Below, in pieces: positions 47,147 to 57,469 of a DNA stretch of 64,000 bases (its first letter is position 1; each line of letters begins with the position of its first letter). The notes under the pieces are model-generated. The model was given only the letters and a program-made list of their open reading frames with translations. It made no database searches and was not told the DNA's origin. The DNA lies in assembly GCA_963718525.1 (NCBI GenBank), contig OY970355.1, forward strand, positions 2,880,001 to 2,944,000, read 5' to 3'. The position numbers and the translations under genes were made by a program. This stretch comes from Candidatus Dormiibacterota bacterium. Lineage in GTDB: Bacteria > Chloroflexota > Dormibacteria > Aeolococcales > Aeolococcaceae.

Positions 47147-48400
47147 TCAGACCGGACCGACGGCGACCACGCCGAGGTCACGGAGGAGGTTCTCCGCGTG
47201 GGGACCCGACTTCCGCTTGGCGCCGCGGCGGGCAAGCTCGCGTTCGACCAGACCGCGGTCGAGGTCGAGGAACGTGACCTCGGGCAACTCACCGAGGACG
47301 GCACTCCGCAACAGCCGGTGCAGCGATGTGGTGGTGATCGGCCGTCCACCGAGACCGGCGATGACCGTGTGCACGGCCTGATCCATTCCTGAGAGCGCAA
47401 CCCGAACGTCGAGCGAGACGACGCCGCCGATGCCCACGGCCAGCGCCTTCTCGATCACGACAATCCGTTTGGCTCCGCGCAGGGATCGACGCACCTCCTC
47501 GCTCGGCCACGGCCGGAACGTCGTGATGCCGAGCGCACCGACGCGTTTGCCCTCAGCACGCAACATGTCGACGGTGTCCTTGATGGTGCCCAACACCGAG
47601 CCGAGCGCCACGACGACGGTCTCGGCATCCTCGGTCCGATAGGGACGGACCAGCCCTCCGGAGGCACGCCCAAAGGCATCCTCGAACGTCCGGCTGATCT
47701 CGGGAATGAGATCGAGTGCCTGCATCTGGGTCACGTGCGCGAGGTAGCGCACCTCCATGAAGGCCTCGGGTCCGACCATGGCGCCGATTGACACGGGGTC
47801 GTCAGGGTCGAGGACCTGGCGAGGCTCGAACGATGGCAGGAACGCGTCGACCTGCTCCTGGGATGGCACATCCACCTGCTCGACCGCGTGGGTGAGGATG
47901 AATCCGTCCATGCAGACCATGACCGGCACCGAGAGCTCCTCTGCGAGCCGGAACGCCAGGATGTGCATGTCGACCGCCTCCTGGTTGCTCTCGGCATAGA
48001 GCTGAATCCACCCGGAGTCACGTTGCGACATCGAGTCGGAGTGGTCGTTCCAGATGTTGATCGGTGCGCCGATCGCGCGGTTGGCGACGGTCATGACGAT
48101 GGGGAGTCCCAGCCCGGAAGCGTTGTAGATCGCCTCGACCATGAAGAGCAGGCCCTGGCTCGCGGTGGCCGTGTAGGCGCGCGCCCCCGTCGCCGAGGCG
48201 CCGATGGCGACCGACATCGCGGCAAACTCCGACTCGACGTTGATGAACTCGCACGGCGTGAGCTGTCCGCTTTTGACGAGTGTCGAGAGCGCCTCCACGA
48301 TGTGCGTCTGCGGCGAGATGGGATACGCGCAGATCACCTCGGGCCTCGACAGGGCGACGGCCTCGGCGACTGCGCGCGAACCCTCAACCTGCTTGAGCAC
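47147..48400 (-). CDS. porA: Pyruvate/2-oxoacid:ferredoxin oxidoreductase alpha subunit
   Basis: AYPISPQT, VESEF, TATASQG, NIWNDHSD, DGFILTH. Confidence 0.93.
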   Translation of the reverse strand: MLKQVEGSRAVAEAVALSRPEVICAYPISPQTHIVEALSTLVKSGQLTPCEFINVESEFAAMSVAIGASATGARAYTATASQGLLFMVEAIYNASGLGLPIVMTVANRAIGAPINIWNDHSDSMSQRDSGWIQLYAESNQEAVDMHILAFRLAEELSVPVMVCMDGFILTHAVEQVDVPSQEQVDAFLPSFEPRQVLDPDDPVSIGAMVGPEAFMEVRYLAHVTQMQALDLIPEISRTFEDAFGRASGGLVRPYRTEDAETVVVALGSVLGTIKDTVDMLRAEGKRVGALGITTFRPWPSEEVRRSLRGAKRIVVIEKALAVGIGGVVSLDVRVALSGMDQAVHTVIAGLGGRPITTTSLHRLLRSAVLGELPEVTFLDLDRGLVERELARRGAKRKSGPHAENLLRDLGVVAVGPV

Positions 48401-48977
48401 CGGCGACCTCCGCGATCTGCCGGCGGACGAATTCGTCGGCACGTTCGGCACCTGCCACGTTGCGTTCAGCGAGCGGCTCCGAGAATCTGTCACGTATGGC
48501 CGCAATCACCGACCCGAGCGAGATCACCCCGGTGAGAGCGGCAAAGGCGCCCAGGAGCACGGCGTTTGCGATTGGTCGACCCACCGTCGCTCGAGCGATC
48601 TCCGTCGCCGGCACCGCCACCACGCGCGAGGGGCGAAACCTCGCCGCCAGAGCGCCGAGACCCAGCTCGGAGAAGCCGCGACTGGAGTTGATGAGCAGAT
48701 AGCCGTCCTCCGAGAGCCCGCTGAAGAGGTCCACCTGGCGGAGCAGCGTCGGGTCCTGGATGATCAGCGCGTCAGGGTTCGCGATCGGCTCATGCGCCCG
48801 GATCTCGTGGTCCGCGATACGACAGAACGCGACCACCGGCGCCCCCATTCGCTCCGAGCCGAAGCTCGGGAATGCCTGCGCCTGCCGGCCTTCGCGGAAG
48901 GCCGCTACGGAGAGCAACTCCGCTGCCGTGACCACGCCCTGACCGCCGCGGCCGTGGATGCGCACCTGAAAGAACAT
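48384..48977 (-). CDS. porC: Pyruvate/2-oxoacid:ferredoxin oxidoreductase gamma subunit
   Basis: RIHGRGGQGVVT, FPSFGSERMGAPV. Confidence 0.93.
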   Translation of the reverse strand: MFFQVRIHGRGGQGVVTAAELLSVAAFREGRQAQAFPSFGSERMGAPVVAFCRIADHEIRAHEPIANPDALIIQDPTLLRQVDLFSGLSEDGYLLINSSRGFSELGLGALAARFRPSRVVAVPATEIARATVGRPIANAVLLGAFAALTGVISLGSVIAAIRDRFSEPLAERNVAGAERADEFVRRQIAEVAGAQAG

Positions 48978-49012
48978 GCGCCCAGCCTATCCAGCCGGCT
49001 CTCCGCGGGCCA

Positions 49013-49049
49013 GTGCCAAATGACCTCGGCCCGGGGTGACCGTGTGCTC
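49013..49049. promoter_or_regulatory. Tandem DevR/DosR-like boxes in the divergent por/hydrogenase promoter
   Basis: GTGCCAAATGACCT (49013) and GTGACCGTGTGCTC (49036). Confidence 0.6.
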
Positions 49050-49086
49050 TCGTCGCTCGGAGCGACGAGGCATCAGAATAGCCGCC

Positions 49087-50235
49087 ATGGCGGTGTCCGC
49101 TGGCGCAGCACGCGTGCTGGATGGCTCGGGGCTGGAGGCCCTCATCGCCCGACTGCGGGAACGCGGCTACACGGTCATCGCGCCGACCGTCCATGACGGC
49201 GCGATCGAGTACGCACCGGTCACCAGTGCATCCGAGCTGCCCCGCGGTGTCGGTGACGAGCAGGCTCCGGGCCGCTATCGTCTCCGCGACCGTGCCGACG
49301 GCGCACGGTTTGGATTTGCCACCGCGCCGTTGTCGTGGAAGCGGTACCTCTTTCCTCCGACCACGACGCTGTGGCGAGCCCGACACGACGACCGCGGAGC
49401 GCTGGTCTTCGACGAGAGCGCAGCGGCGCCTGCTCGATACGCCTTCCTCGGTGTGCGTGGCTGCGAATTGGCCGCCATCCTCGTCCAGGACCGGGTATTT
49501 GGGACCAGCTCGCATCCGGATCCCACCTACGCCGCGCGTCGACGTGAACTGTTCATCATCGCGGTGCACTGTGGCTCGCCGTCGGAGGTCTGCTTCTGTA
49601 CATCCATGGGGACCGGGCCCCGGGTGCGCGACGGTTTTGACCTGGGCATCACCGAGTTGCTCGACACGGTGGAACCGCGATACCTCATCGAAGCCGGAAG
49701 TCCTGGGGGCCAGGAGTTGCTGGACGCGCTCCCCACGCATCCCGCAAATGCTGCGGACCTCCGGGCGGCCGAATCAGTCACCGACGCGTCCGCCGCGCGC
49801 ATGGGGCGCACCATGGACACGCAAGGGCTGCCCGAGTTGCTGCAGCGCAATCTCGAGCACCCGCGCTGGGACGACGTCGCCGCACGCTGCTTGAGCTGCG
49901 GCAACTGCACGCTGGCCTGCCCGACGTGCTTCTGCAGTGACGATATCGAGGCGCAGTCGGCGGACGGCGACACGAGTGAGCGGGTGAGGGAATGGGCGTC
50001 CTGCTTCTCGCGCGACTTCTCGTACATCCACGGTGGACCGGTGCGCCAGACGGTACGAAGCCGCTACCGCCAGTGGATGACCCACAAGCTGGGTACGTGG
50101 TGGGATCAGTTCGGGACCTCGGGCTGCGTCGGCTGCGGTCGGTGCATCGCCTGGTGCCCGGTCGGCATCGACATCACCGAAGAAGCGGCGGCGATCCGAT
50201 CTACCGACGGCGCTCGAACGGCGACGGCGAGTTGA
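49087..50235 (+). CDS. Group 3b [NiFe]-hydrogenase Fe-S (beta) subunit
   Basis: [42 protein letters not shown]. Confidence 0.92.
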   Translation: MAVSAGAARVLDGSGLEALIARLRERGYTVIAPTVHDGAIEYAPVTSASELPRGVGDEQAPGRYRLRDRADGARFGFATAPLSWKRYLFPPTTTLWRARHDDRGALVFDESAAAPARYAFLGVRGCELAAILVQDRVFGTSSHPDPTYAARRRELFIIAVHCGSPSEVCFCTSMGTGPRVRDGFDLGITELLDTVEPRYLIEAGSPGGQELLDALPTHPANAADLRAAESVTDASAARMGRTMDTQGLPELLQRNLEHPRWDDVAARCLSCGNCTLACPTCFCSDDIEAQSADGDTSERVREWASCFSRDFSYIHGGPVRQTVRSRYRQWMTHKLGTWWDQFGTSGCVGCGRCIAWCPVGIDITEEAAAIRSTDGARTATAS

Positions 50236-50699
50236 ACAGCATCGCCGATGAACTGACGGCACATCGCTTCTTCGCGGGGATGGACCCGGAACATCTCGAC
50301 GTGCTGACCGGATGCGGTCGAAACGTCGTCATCCCCGCGGGCACCTCGATCATCCGAGAGGGCGCTCACGCCGACGCGTTCTGGGCGCTGCGGGGCGGCA
50401 GGGTTGCTCTCGGAGTCACGGCGCCGGGGAGAGGCATGGAGACCCTCGACACGCTCCACGCCGGCGACGTCCTCGGATGGGCCTGGCTGTTCCCTCCCTA
50501 CCGGTGGCACTTCGACGGTGACGCACTCGACGATGTGCACGCGGTGGTCTTCGACGCCGTCTGCCTCCGCGGGAAGTGTGAGGACGATCCCAAGCTCGGT
50601 TTCGATCTCGCGCAGCGCGTCGCCGGGATCCTCGGCGACCGGTTGCACGCCGCCCGACTCCGCCTCCTGGATGTCTATGGCGCTCCCAGTCCACGCTGA
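50232..50699 (+). CDS. Stand-alone cyclic nucleotide-binding (Crp-like) domain protein
   Basis: [25 protein letters not shown]; no HTH; TTG start overlaps the upstream stop. Confidence 0.88.
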   Translation: MNSIADELTAHRFFAGMDPEHLDVLTGCGRNVVIPAGTSIIREGAHADAFWALRGGRVALGVTAPGRGMETLDTLHAGDVLGWAWLFPPYRWHFDGDALDDVHAVVFDAVCLRGKCEDDPKLGFDLAQRVAGILGDRLHAARLRLLDVYGAPSPR

Positions 50700-51528
50700 A
50701 ACCCGGACGCTCGCGCCGATGACGCCGGTGAGCCATCGCATCGTCGGACGGCGTCAGGAGACCTCAGACGCGGTGACCCTCCTGCTCGAGGCGGGCGACG
50801 GCTCTCGAATGGGTTATGCGGCGGGTCAGTTCAACATGCTCTACGCCTTCGCCGTCGGCGAGGTGGCGATCTCCATCAGCGCGAACCCGCTCGCGGACGA
50901 ACCGATCGCCCACACGGTGCGCAACGTCGGCGCAGTCTCGCGCGCACTGTGCGAGCTGCAGCCCGGCGACAGCCTCGGCGTGCGCGGTCCCTTCGGGTCC
51001 GACTGGGGGCTGGACACTGCCGCCGGGCGTGACCTGGTGATCGTCGCGGGTGGGATCGGCCTAGCACCGCTTCGATCGGTGATCACCCAGGTGCTCTCGC
51101 AGCGGGAGCGCTTCGGCCAGGTGGAGGTCGTGATCGGCACGCGCACTCCCGAGGACCTCCCTTTCAAGGAGGATGTCGACACATGGAGAGCGCGGGACGA
51201 TCTCTCTGTCCACGTCACCGTCGACCGCGCGACACCTGGCTGGCGGGGCACCGTCGGCGTGGTGACAACCGTGCTCCCGCGCGTCCACTGTGATCCGGGT
51301 GGCATCGCCATGATCTGCGGTCCCGAGGTGATGATGCGGTTCACCGCACTCGCGCTCATGGAGCGGGGCATGCCCGCCTCGGGCATCCGTGTATCCATGG
51401 AGCGGAACATGCAGTGCGCCATCGCGCAATGCGGACACTGCCAGTTGGGATCGGTGTTCGTCTGCGCCGACGGTCCGGTATTGACGTGGGAACGTGTCGA
51501 ACCCTTGCTCGCGGTGCGTCAGCGATGA
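50677..51528 (+). CDS. Group 3b hydrogenase FAD/NAD(P)-binding (gamma) subunit
   Basis: [40 protein letters not shown]. Confidence 0.92.
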   Translation: MALPVHAETRTLAPMTPVSHRIVGRRQETSDAVTLLLEAGDGSRMGYAAGQFNMLYAFAVGEVAISISANPLADEPIAHTVRNVGAVSRALCELQPGDSLGVRGPFGSDWGLDTAAGRDLVIVAGGIGLAPLRSVITQVLSQRERFGQVEVVIGTRTPEDLPFKEDVDTWRARDDLSVHVTVDRATPGWRGTVGVVTTVLPRVHCDPGGIAMICGPEVMMRFTALALMERGMPASGIRVSMERNMQCAIAQCGHCQLGSVFVCADGPVLTWERVEPLLAVRQR

Positions 51529-52319
51529 GTGCCGTCAAGAAACCGACGTTGGCGGTCTGGAAGTTCTCATCGTGCGACGGGTGCCAGCTCACCCTCCTGG
51601 ACTGCGAGGACGAGCTGCTGGCCGTGGCCGGGCAGGTCGAGATCGCCTACTTCCTCGAGGCTTCGCGCGCCGTGCTCTCCGGGCCGTACGACCTTTCGAT
51701 CGTCGAGGGTTCGATCACCACCGCCGACGATATCGAGCGCATTCGCGAGGTTCGTCGCCTCAGCGGTCACGTGGTGTCCATCGGAGCGTGCGCCACGGCC
51801 GGCGGAATTCAGGCACTTCGGAACTTCGCCGACGTGCGCCAGTTCACCTCTGTCGTGTATGCGCATCCGGAGTACATCCGTACCCTCGAGCGTTCGACGC
51901 CACCATCGGCCCATATCGATGTCGACTTCGAGCTCCACGGCTGTCCGATCGACAAGCACCAGTTGCTCGAGGTCATCACCGCATTCCTCCGCGGTCGGCG
52001 ACCGCAGATCGCATCGCATTCCGTCTGTGTCGAATGCAAGCGGCGAGGCACCGTGTGCGTGATGGTCTCGAAGGGTGTCCCCTGTCTCGGACCGGTCACC
52101 CACGCCGGCTGCGGCGCGATCTGCCCCACATACGATCGCGGTTGCTACGGCTGCTTCGGCCCCGCGGATACCACCAATGTTCCGGCGTTCGTGGCTGCCC
52201 TGGGCAGTGCGGGATTGTCAGGCTTCGAGCTGCTTCGGGTCTTTCGAACCTTCAACGCCGACGCGCCGGCGTTTCGCGAGGCAAGTATGAGTGCGGAGGC
52301 CGCGGTGACCAACCCATGA
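51525..52319 (+). CDS. Group 3b hydrogenase small (delta) subunit
   Basis: SCDGCQ, VEGS, GACA, GCP, CVEC, CLGPVT..GC..CP, CYGCFG. Confidence 0.93.
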   Translation: MSAVKKPTLAVWKFSSCDGCQLTLLDCEDELLAVAGQVEIAYFLEASRAVLSGPYDLSIVEGSITTADDIERIREVRRLSGHVVSIGACATAGGIQALRNFADVRQFTSVVYAHPEYIRTLERSTPPSAHIDVDFELHGCPIDKHQLLEVITAFLRGRRPQIASHSVCVECKRRGTVCVMVSKGVPCLGPVTHAGCGAICPTYDRGCYGCFGPADTTNVPAFVAALGSAGLSGFELLRVFRTFNADAPAFREASMSAEAAVTNP

Positions 52320-53620
52320 CCCATGCCAACGGCGGCTCGCGTACGCTCTCGGTCGCGTCGCTCGCTCGCATCGAGGGCGAGGGGAGCATGCATGTGGTCG
52401 TGCGCGACGGGATTGTTCGGGACGTCGAGCTGCGCATCTTCGAACCACCCCGATTCTTTGAAGCGTTCCTCCGGGGACGCTCATACACCGAGCTCCCCGA
52501 TATTACCGCGCGCATCTGCGGCATCTGCCCGGTCGCCTATCAGATGAGTGCATGCCAGGCGATCGAGGACGCTTGCGACGTGATCATCGACGACCAGGTC
52601 CGCGCACTTCGCCGGTTGCTCTATTGCGGCGAGTGGATCGAGAGCCACACGTTGCACATCTATCTGCTCCATGCGCCCGACTTCCTCGGCTATGAGAGCT
52701 CTGTCGACCTGGCTCGGGATCATCGCGACATCGTCGAGCGGGGCCTCAAGCTCAAGAAGATCGGTAACGACATCCTCAACGTGCTCGGCGGACGCGCGAT
52801 CCATCCTGTCAACGTCCGCGTCGGCGGCTTCTACAGGGCGCCGCTGGTCGGCGATCTCGAGGCGCTCGCGGAGCGGCTCCAGTGGGCGCGGGATGCCGCG
52901 ATCACCACCGCGCGCTGGGTTGCAGGGTTCGAGTTCCCTGACCTCACGCTGGAGGGGGATCTGGTCGCGTTGCGCAACGACCACGAGTATCCGATCCTCG
53001 AAGGCCGCATCGCCTCGACCGCGGGCCTGGACATCGCCGTCTCGGACTTTCCCGACCATTTCACCGAAGAACACGTGGCGCATTCCACAGCGCTCCAGGG
53101 ACATGCTCGAACCGGCGACATGTACACGCTCGGACCCCTCGCCCGCTACAACCTCAACTTCGGTGTGCTGCCTCCGCTCGTCAAGCAGGTCGCAACCGAC
53201 GTCGGCGTCACCGGCAACTGTCGCAATCCGTTTCAGAGCATCATCGTCCGCGCCCTGGAGGTGGTCTTCGCCTGCGACGAAGCCCTGCGAATCATCGCCG
53301 CGTACGAGCCTCCGGCTGCGCCATATACCGAGATACCCGCGCGCAGCGGTACCGGGCATGGATGCACCGAGGCACCGCGAGGATCCCTCTACCATCGCTA
53401 CACCTTCGACGCCCACGGCATCATCAGTGATGCCGTCATCGTGCCGCCGACCTCACAGAATCAGCCATCGATCGAACACAGTCTTCGACAGTTCGTCCAG
53501 GATCGTCTCGATCTCGATGACGCCGAGCTGACCCGGCAGTGCGAGCAGGCGATTCGCAATTACGACCCCTGCATCTCCTGCGCTACCCACTTCCTCGATC
53601 TCAGCGTGGATCGCGGGTGA
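52316..53620 (+). CDS. Group 3b [NiFe]-hydrogenase large (alpha) subunit
   Basis: RIEGEG, L1 RICGIC, EAPRG, L2 DPCISCATH plus cleavable tail. Confidence 0.96.
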   Translation: MTHANGGSRTLSVASLARIEGEGSMHVVVRDGIVRDVELRIFEPPRFFEAFLRGRSYTELPDITARICGICPVAYQMSACQAIEDACDVIIDDQVRALRRLLYCGEWIESHTLHIYLLHAPDFLGYESSVDLARDHRDIVERGLKLKKIGNDILNVLGGRAIHPVNVRVGGFYRAPLVGDLEALAERLQWARDAAITTARWVAGFEFPDLTLEGDLVALRNDHEYPILEGRIASTAGLDIAVSDFPDHFTEEHVAHSTALQGHARTGDMYTLGPLARYNLNFGVLPPLVKQVATDVGVTGNCRNPFQSIIVRALEVVFACDEALRIIAAYEPPAAPYTEIPARSGTGHGCTEAPRGSLYHRYTFDAHGIISDAVIVPPTSQNQPSIEHSLRQFVQDRLDLDDAELTRQCEQAIRNYDPCISCATHFLDLSVDRG

Positions 53621-54078
53621 GCGGCCCGACGGTTGTCATTGGGATCGGCAACCGCTTCCGTCGGGATGACGGCGCAGCACTGCGCGTCATCGAGATGCTG
53701 ATCGATCGCGTTCCGACGTCCGTGCTTCTTGTGGAAAGTGACGGTGAGCCAACCAGGCTCATCGATTCCTGGACGGATGTTCAGCTCGCCGTCGTCATCG
53801 AGACAGTCCGCCGTGGCGAACTCCCAGGAGCGGTCGCCGCTGTCGAGTTGGAGAAGTGGACTGGGCCAACTGCGCCCCCCCATCGCGAACACGGTTCGCA
53901 CAGCCTCGGGGTGCTCGAGGCGATGGCGCTCGGCGACGCCGTCGGTCGCATGCCGGACCGCCTCCACCTCATCGGCATCGAACCTGCGGACATTGGATGG
54001 GGTCAGGGACTCTCGCCCGCCGTTGCGACGAGCATCGACACCGCCACGCGCCTCGTCCTCGACTACCTGGGCGCGTAG
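53617..54078 (+). CDS. Hydrogenase maturation protease
   Basis: IGIGN..RRDDG, SHSLG, LSPAV. Confidence 0.93.
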   Translation: MSGPTVVIGIGNRFRRDDGAALRVIEMLIDRVPTSVLLVESDGEPTRLIDSWTDVQLAVVIETVRRGELPGAVAAVELEKWTGPTAPPHREHGSHSLGVLEAMALGDAVGRMPDRLHLIGIEPADIGWGQGLSPAVATSIDTATRLVLDYLGA

Positions 54079-55817
54079 CCCCCTCGCGCAGGCGCAAGCG
54101 GACGCACACGTCTGTAGACGGGCTCCCATATGGCCGCCCGGACCTGCGTGCTGGCGTCAGCCACCTGCGCGCGAGCCAATCCCTCACTGCTCGCTGCTCG
54201 CGCCACGGCGGCCGCGACTCGCAACGACACGTCTCTCACTTGGTCCACCGGCGGCATGACGGGTGCCCCCGGACGCGAGGCGTCCACGAACTCCGCGACC
54301 GCATCCGCAGCAGCCAGCAGCATGCCGTCGCTGACCGCGCGGGCTCTAGCCACGAGGGTGCCGAGCCCAAGGCCCGGAAAGACCAGTGCATTGTTCGCCT
54401 GGCCGATCGTGTACGTCAAACCCGCGTGCTCGACCGGAGGGAACGGGCTGCCGGTTGCGATCAGGGCGCGGCCATCGCTCCACCAGATCAGGTCCGACGG
54501 TATCGCCTCTGAGAGGGAGGTCGGGTTCGACAGCGCGAAGACGATCGGCCGGTCGGCGTGGGCAGCCATCTCGCGAACCACCTCCTCGGTAAACGACGAG
54601 GGCTGGGCGGCGCAGCCAATCAACACCGTGGGCTGCACCGTTCGCACCACTTCGAGCAGACCGATCTCACCTTCGTCACGTTGCCAGGTGCGTACCTCGG
54701 TGCCAGTGCGGGCGTACGTGCGCTGGAAATCGCGCATCCCGGCGGCCATGCCCTCGACGAGGAGACCATGGCTGCCCAGACACCAGACCCGGCGTCTCGC
54801 CGCGTCGACTGGCATGCCCTCGCGCACCATCGCGCTGCAGATGAAGTCGGCGATGCCAACTCCGGCGGTCCCGGCACCGAACACCACGACGCGCTGGTCG
54901 CTGAGAGTGGCCCCCGCGGCGCGCACTGCCGCCATTACCCCGCCGAGCACGACTGCCCCGGTTCCCTGCATGTCGTCGTTGAACGTGCAGGTCGTCGCGC
55001 GATAGCGATCGAGAATCCGGCGCGCGTTGCCGGCGCCGAAGTCTTCCCAGTGGAGGAGCGCGTTGGGGTAGCGAGACGTCGCAGAGCGGACAAACCGATC
55101 GATGAACGCGTCGTAGAGGTTCCCGCGCACACGCGGGTGCCGAGCGCCCATGTACGCCGGGTACTTGAGCAACTCCTGGCGATCCGTGCCGACGTCGAGC
55201 ATCACCGGAATCGCCCAGGTGGGGTCGATTCCCGCGGCGGCGGTATACACCGCGAGCTTGCCGACGGAGATCGCGATGCCTCCGACCCCCCAGTCGCCGA
55301 TGCCGAGGATCTGTTCGGCGTCGGTCGCGACGATCAGGTCGATGTCTTCGGGAGCAGCACCATAATTCTTGAAGGCCACGTCGATATCGTCTGGGTCGTC
55401 AACGCAGAGGTACACGCCACGCGGGCGTTGGAATTCCTTGCTGTACCGTTCAATCGCATCGCCGACCGTGGGCGTGTAGACGATCGGGAGCATCTCGGCG
55501 AGATGCTCGCTGAGGACCCGGTAGTACAGCACCTCGTTGCGATCGTGGAGCGAGTCCAGAAAGAGGTGCTTGGCGAGATCGTCGCCCTGGCGGCGATACT
55601 GCACGTAGGATCGCTCCGCCTGCAAATCGATTGTGGTGACCGCAGTTGGCAGCAGCCCCCGCAGCCCGAGAGCGGTCCGCTCCTGGAGCGTGAACGCGGA
55701 CCCCTTGTTGAGAACCGGTGCCTCAAGGATGTCCCGGCCGCGCCGGCTGGTCTCGTACGCGCCGTCGGGTGCGACCCGAAATGGCCGCTGCGGCTGCTGC
55801 GATTCCGGCCGTGCCAT
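54063..55817 (-). CDS. NAD-dependent malic enzyme
   Basis: NKGSAF, YTPTVG, ILGIGDWG, WEDF, FNDDMQGT, GAGTAG, LSNPT, QANN. Confidence 0.95.
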   Translation of the reverse strand: MARPESQQPQRPFRVAPDGAYETSRRGRDILEAPVLNKGSAFTLQERTALGLRGLLPTAVTTIDLQAERSYVQYRRQGDDLAKHLFLDSLHDRNEVLYYRVLSEHLAEMLPIVYTPTVGDAIERYSKEFQRPRGVYLCVDDPDDIDVAFKNYGAAPEDIDLIVATDAEQILGIGDWGVGGIAISVGKLAVYTAAAGIDPTWAIPVMLDVGTDRQELLKYPAYMGARHPRVRGNLYDAFIDRFVRSATSRYPNALLHWEDFGAGNARRILDRYRATTCTFNDDMQGTGAVVLGGVMAAVRAAGATLSDQRVVVFGAGTAGVGIADFICSAMVREGMPVDAARRRVWCLGSHGLLVEGMAAGMRDFQRTYARTGTEVRTWQRDEGEIGLLEVVRTVQPTVLIGCAAQPSSFTEEVVREMAAHADRPIVFALSNPTSLSEAIPSDLIWWSDGRALIATGSPFPPVEHAGLTYTIGQANNALVFPGLGLGTLVARARAVSDGMLLAAADAVAEFVDASRPGAPVMPPVDQVRDVSLRVAAAVARAASSEGLARAQVADASTQVRAAIWEPVYRRVRPLAPARGGYAPR

Positions 55818-55847
55818 CAGGGTGCGAGGGTCGCAGAGCAGCTCAAG

Positions 55848-56270
55848 TCAATGAGCAACCATCACGGGCACTTTCGCGGTGTGAACGAGCTTGTTCGAGA
55901 CACTGCCCACGAGCATGCCGGTCAGGCTCGACAAGCCACGGCGCCCCACCACGATGAGATCCGCACCGCTCTCATCCGCAAAGTCAATGATCTTGCGCGG
56001 GACGTCGCGGGTGTGTGCTTGTAGCAGGTGACCGTGGGCGACGACTCCGCTCTCCTTCAACTGCTGAATCGCTGCCGCGACGACTGCCTGGGCCTCGGCG
56101 GGCGTTTCGAGATCCGGCGACATGCCTGCTTTTGAAGGCACGGGGTCGTGCTCGTGGACGTGGACCACCTCGACAGCTGACCCCGTCTTGACGGCAAGGC
56201 CGGCGGCCGCAGTCAGCGCGGCCCGAGAGAACTCAGAACCGTCGATCGCAACCACGATTTTGTCGAACAT
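55848..56270 (-). CDS. Universal stress protein
   Basis: KIVVAIDGS, DLIVVGRRG...GSVS, PVMV; AGGAGG RBS. Confidence 0.95.
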   Translation of the reverse strand: MFDKIVVAIDGSEFSRAALTAAAGLAVKTGSAVEVVHVHEHDPVPSKAGMSPDLETPAEAQAVVAAAIQQLKESGVVAHGHLLQAHTRDVPRKIIDFADESGADLIVVGRRGLSSLTGMLVGSVSNKLVHTAKVPVMVAH

Positions 56271-56383
56271 GTCGGTCGGCCTCCTGGTGATCTTCTGTCT
56301 TGTGTGCTTATAGCCTTCTGGCGGGTTCCCTGTCCACACAGCCCCTGATCCGGCGGCGCGTCCCCAACTCCCCACTTCATCCC

Positions 56384-56420
56384 GTTACCAAAGGCCCTCG
56401 AGAGAGGGGCCATTCGACAC
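56384..56420. promoter_or_regulatory. Tandem DevR/DosR-like boxes
   Basis: GTTACCAAAGGCCC (56384) and GGGCCATTCGACAC (56407). Confidence 0.6.
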
Positions 56421-56456
56421 TGTGCGGCACATCCGGATCGCGACCAACATTGCGGT

Positions 56457-56705
56457 GTGCGCAACGCTGATCGTCTCTTCAGCATCGTGGACCCGAAAAC
56501 TCGCCGGCTGGTGGGCCTGTGCAGCGGGCCGGAAGAGGACGGCTCGTGCTTGACGACGCATGTGGGCACCCTCCCGTGTGAAGGGCTCCAGATCATTCCC
56601 CTGCACGGCACGTCCGTTGACGGATTGCCTTTCACGGTTTTCGGCGGACAGGCACCCGCCTGTCCACTCGCATGGGTCGACAGTGCGCGTCCGCGGGTGC
56701 CGTGA
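56457..56705 (+). CDS. Uncharacterised 4-Cys mini-protein B (82 aa)
   Basis: DPKT...CSGPEEDGSC...CEGL...GT...CPLA; paralog of 41886-42131. Confidence 0.75.
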   Translation: MRNADRLFSIVDPKTRRLVGLCSGPEEDGSCLTTHVGTLPCEGLQIIPLHGTSVDGLPFTVFGGQAPACPLAWVDSARPRVP

Positions 56706-56738
56706 CCTGATCAAGGCAACGCAAGGCCAAGGCGGCGA

Positions 56739-57164
56739 TCACCGTGCCGCCCGAGGAGGAACGTTCTCGGGCACGTGCAGCAGAACGTCGGCCATCCGGA
56801 GCCAGATGGCGAGACCGAGAATCGCTGCTCCGATCGCGATGTAGGCGGCTTGCAACCACGCGAAGCCGATGACATTCCACTCCACGATCTCGAAGATGAT
56901 GATCGCCCCTCCGGCAATCGCCGACGCCGGAATGCCGAGACTCATGCGCAGGTGGACCAACCGGGCCGCGAGGAGTGCGGTGCCGCCCACCGCAACCGCC
57001 AGAACTATCGCGGGCACCGTGTAGTCGCTGAACGGACTCCCTGCGAGGGAGCTCAGCGGCACGTTGATCCATCCCACGAGGAGCGCGATGCCGCCCGCGA
57101 CGGCGGTAAGACCGAGAAACAGATTCAAGTCGAACAGCAACAAGCGGGCGGGGCTGCGACTCAT
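56739..57164 (-). CDS. 4-TM membrane protein
   Basis: LTAVAGG, LAGSPFSDYTVPA.VL, IIFE; GGAGG RBS. Confidence 0.8.
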   Translation of the reverse strand: MSRSPARLLLFDLNLFLGLTAVAGGIALLVGWINVPLSSLAGSPFSDYTVPAIVLAVAVGGTALLAARLVHLRMSLGIPASAIAGGAIIIFEIVEWNVIGFAWLQAAYIAIGAAILGLAIWLRMADVLLHVPENVPPRAAR

Positions 57165-57245
57165 GGTGAACCTCCCCTGTCGTTCAGACGTCCGAGATGC
57201 GGTCGTGCATGCTCCAAGCTTCATGCCCGATCCGGCTGTGGGCAA

Positions 57246-57281
57246 GGGCCGAATCGCCTCGAGTCAGGTGACCCTCGACCC
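57246..57281. promoter_or_regulatory. Tandem DevR/DosR-like boxes
   Basis: GGGCCGAATCGCCT (57246) and GTGACCCTCGACCC (57268). Confidence 0.6.
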
Positions 57282-57469
57282 TGGCAGGCGTCTCGGCCGA
57301 CGTGCAATCTCAGGGCAGAACACGGAGAGCCAGGGAGATCTGCAATGAGCGCTCAACCGTATGCCGCAACGAGTCAGCCCACCCGAGGCTCCAGGGGTGG
57401 TGGGATCGCCCTCGTCATCCTCGACGCCGCGCGGCCATCCGCAGCCGCGCGGGATTTGACGCCATCAGG

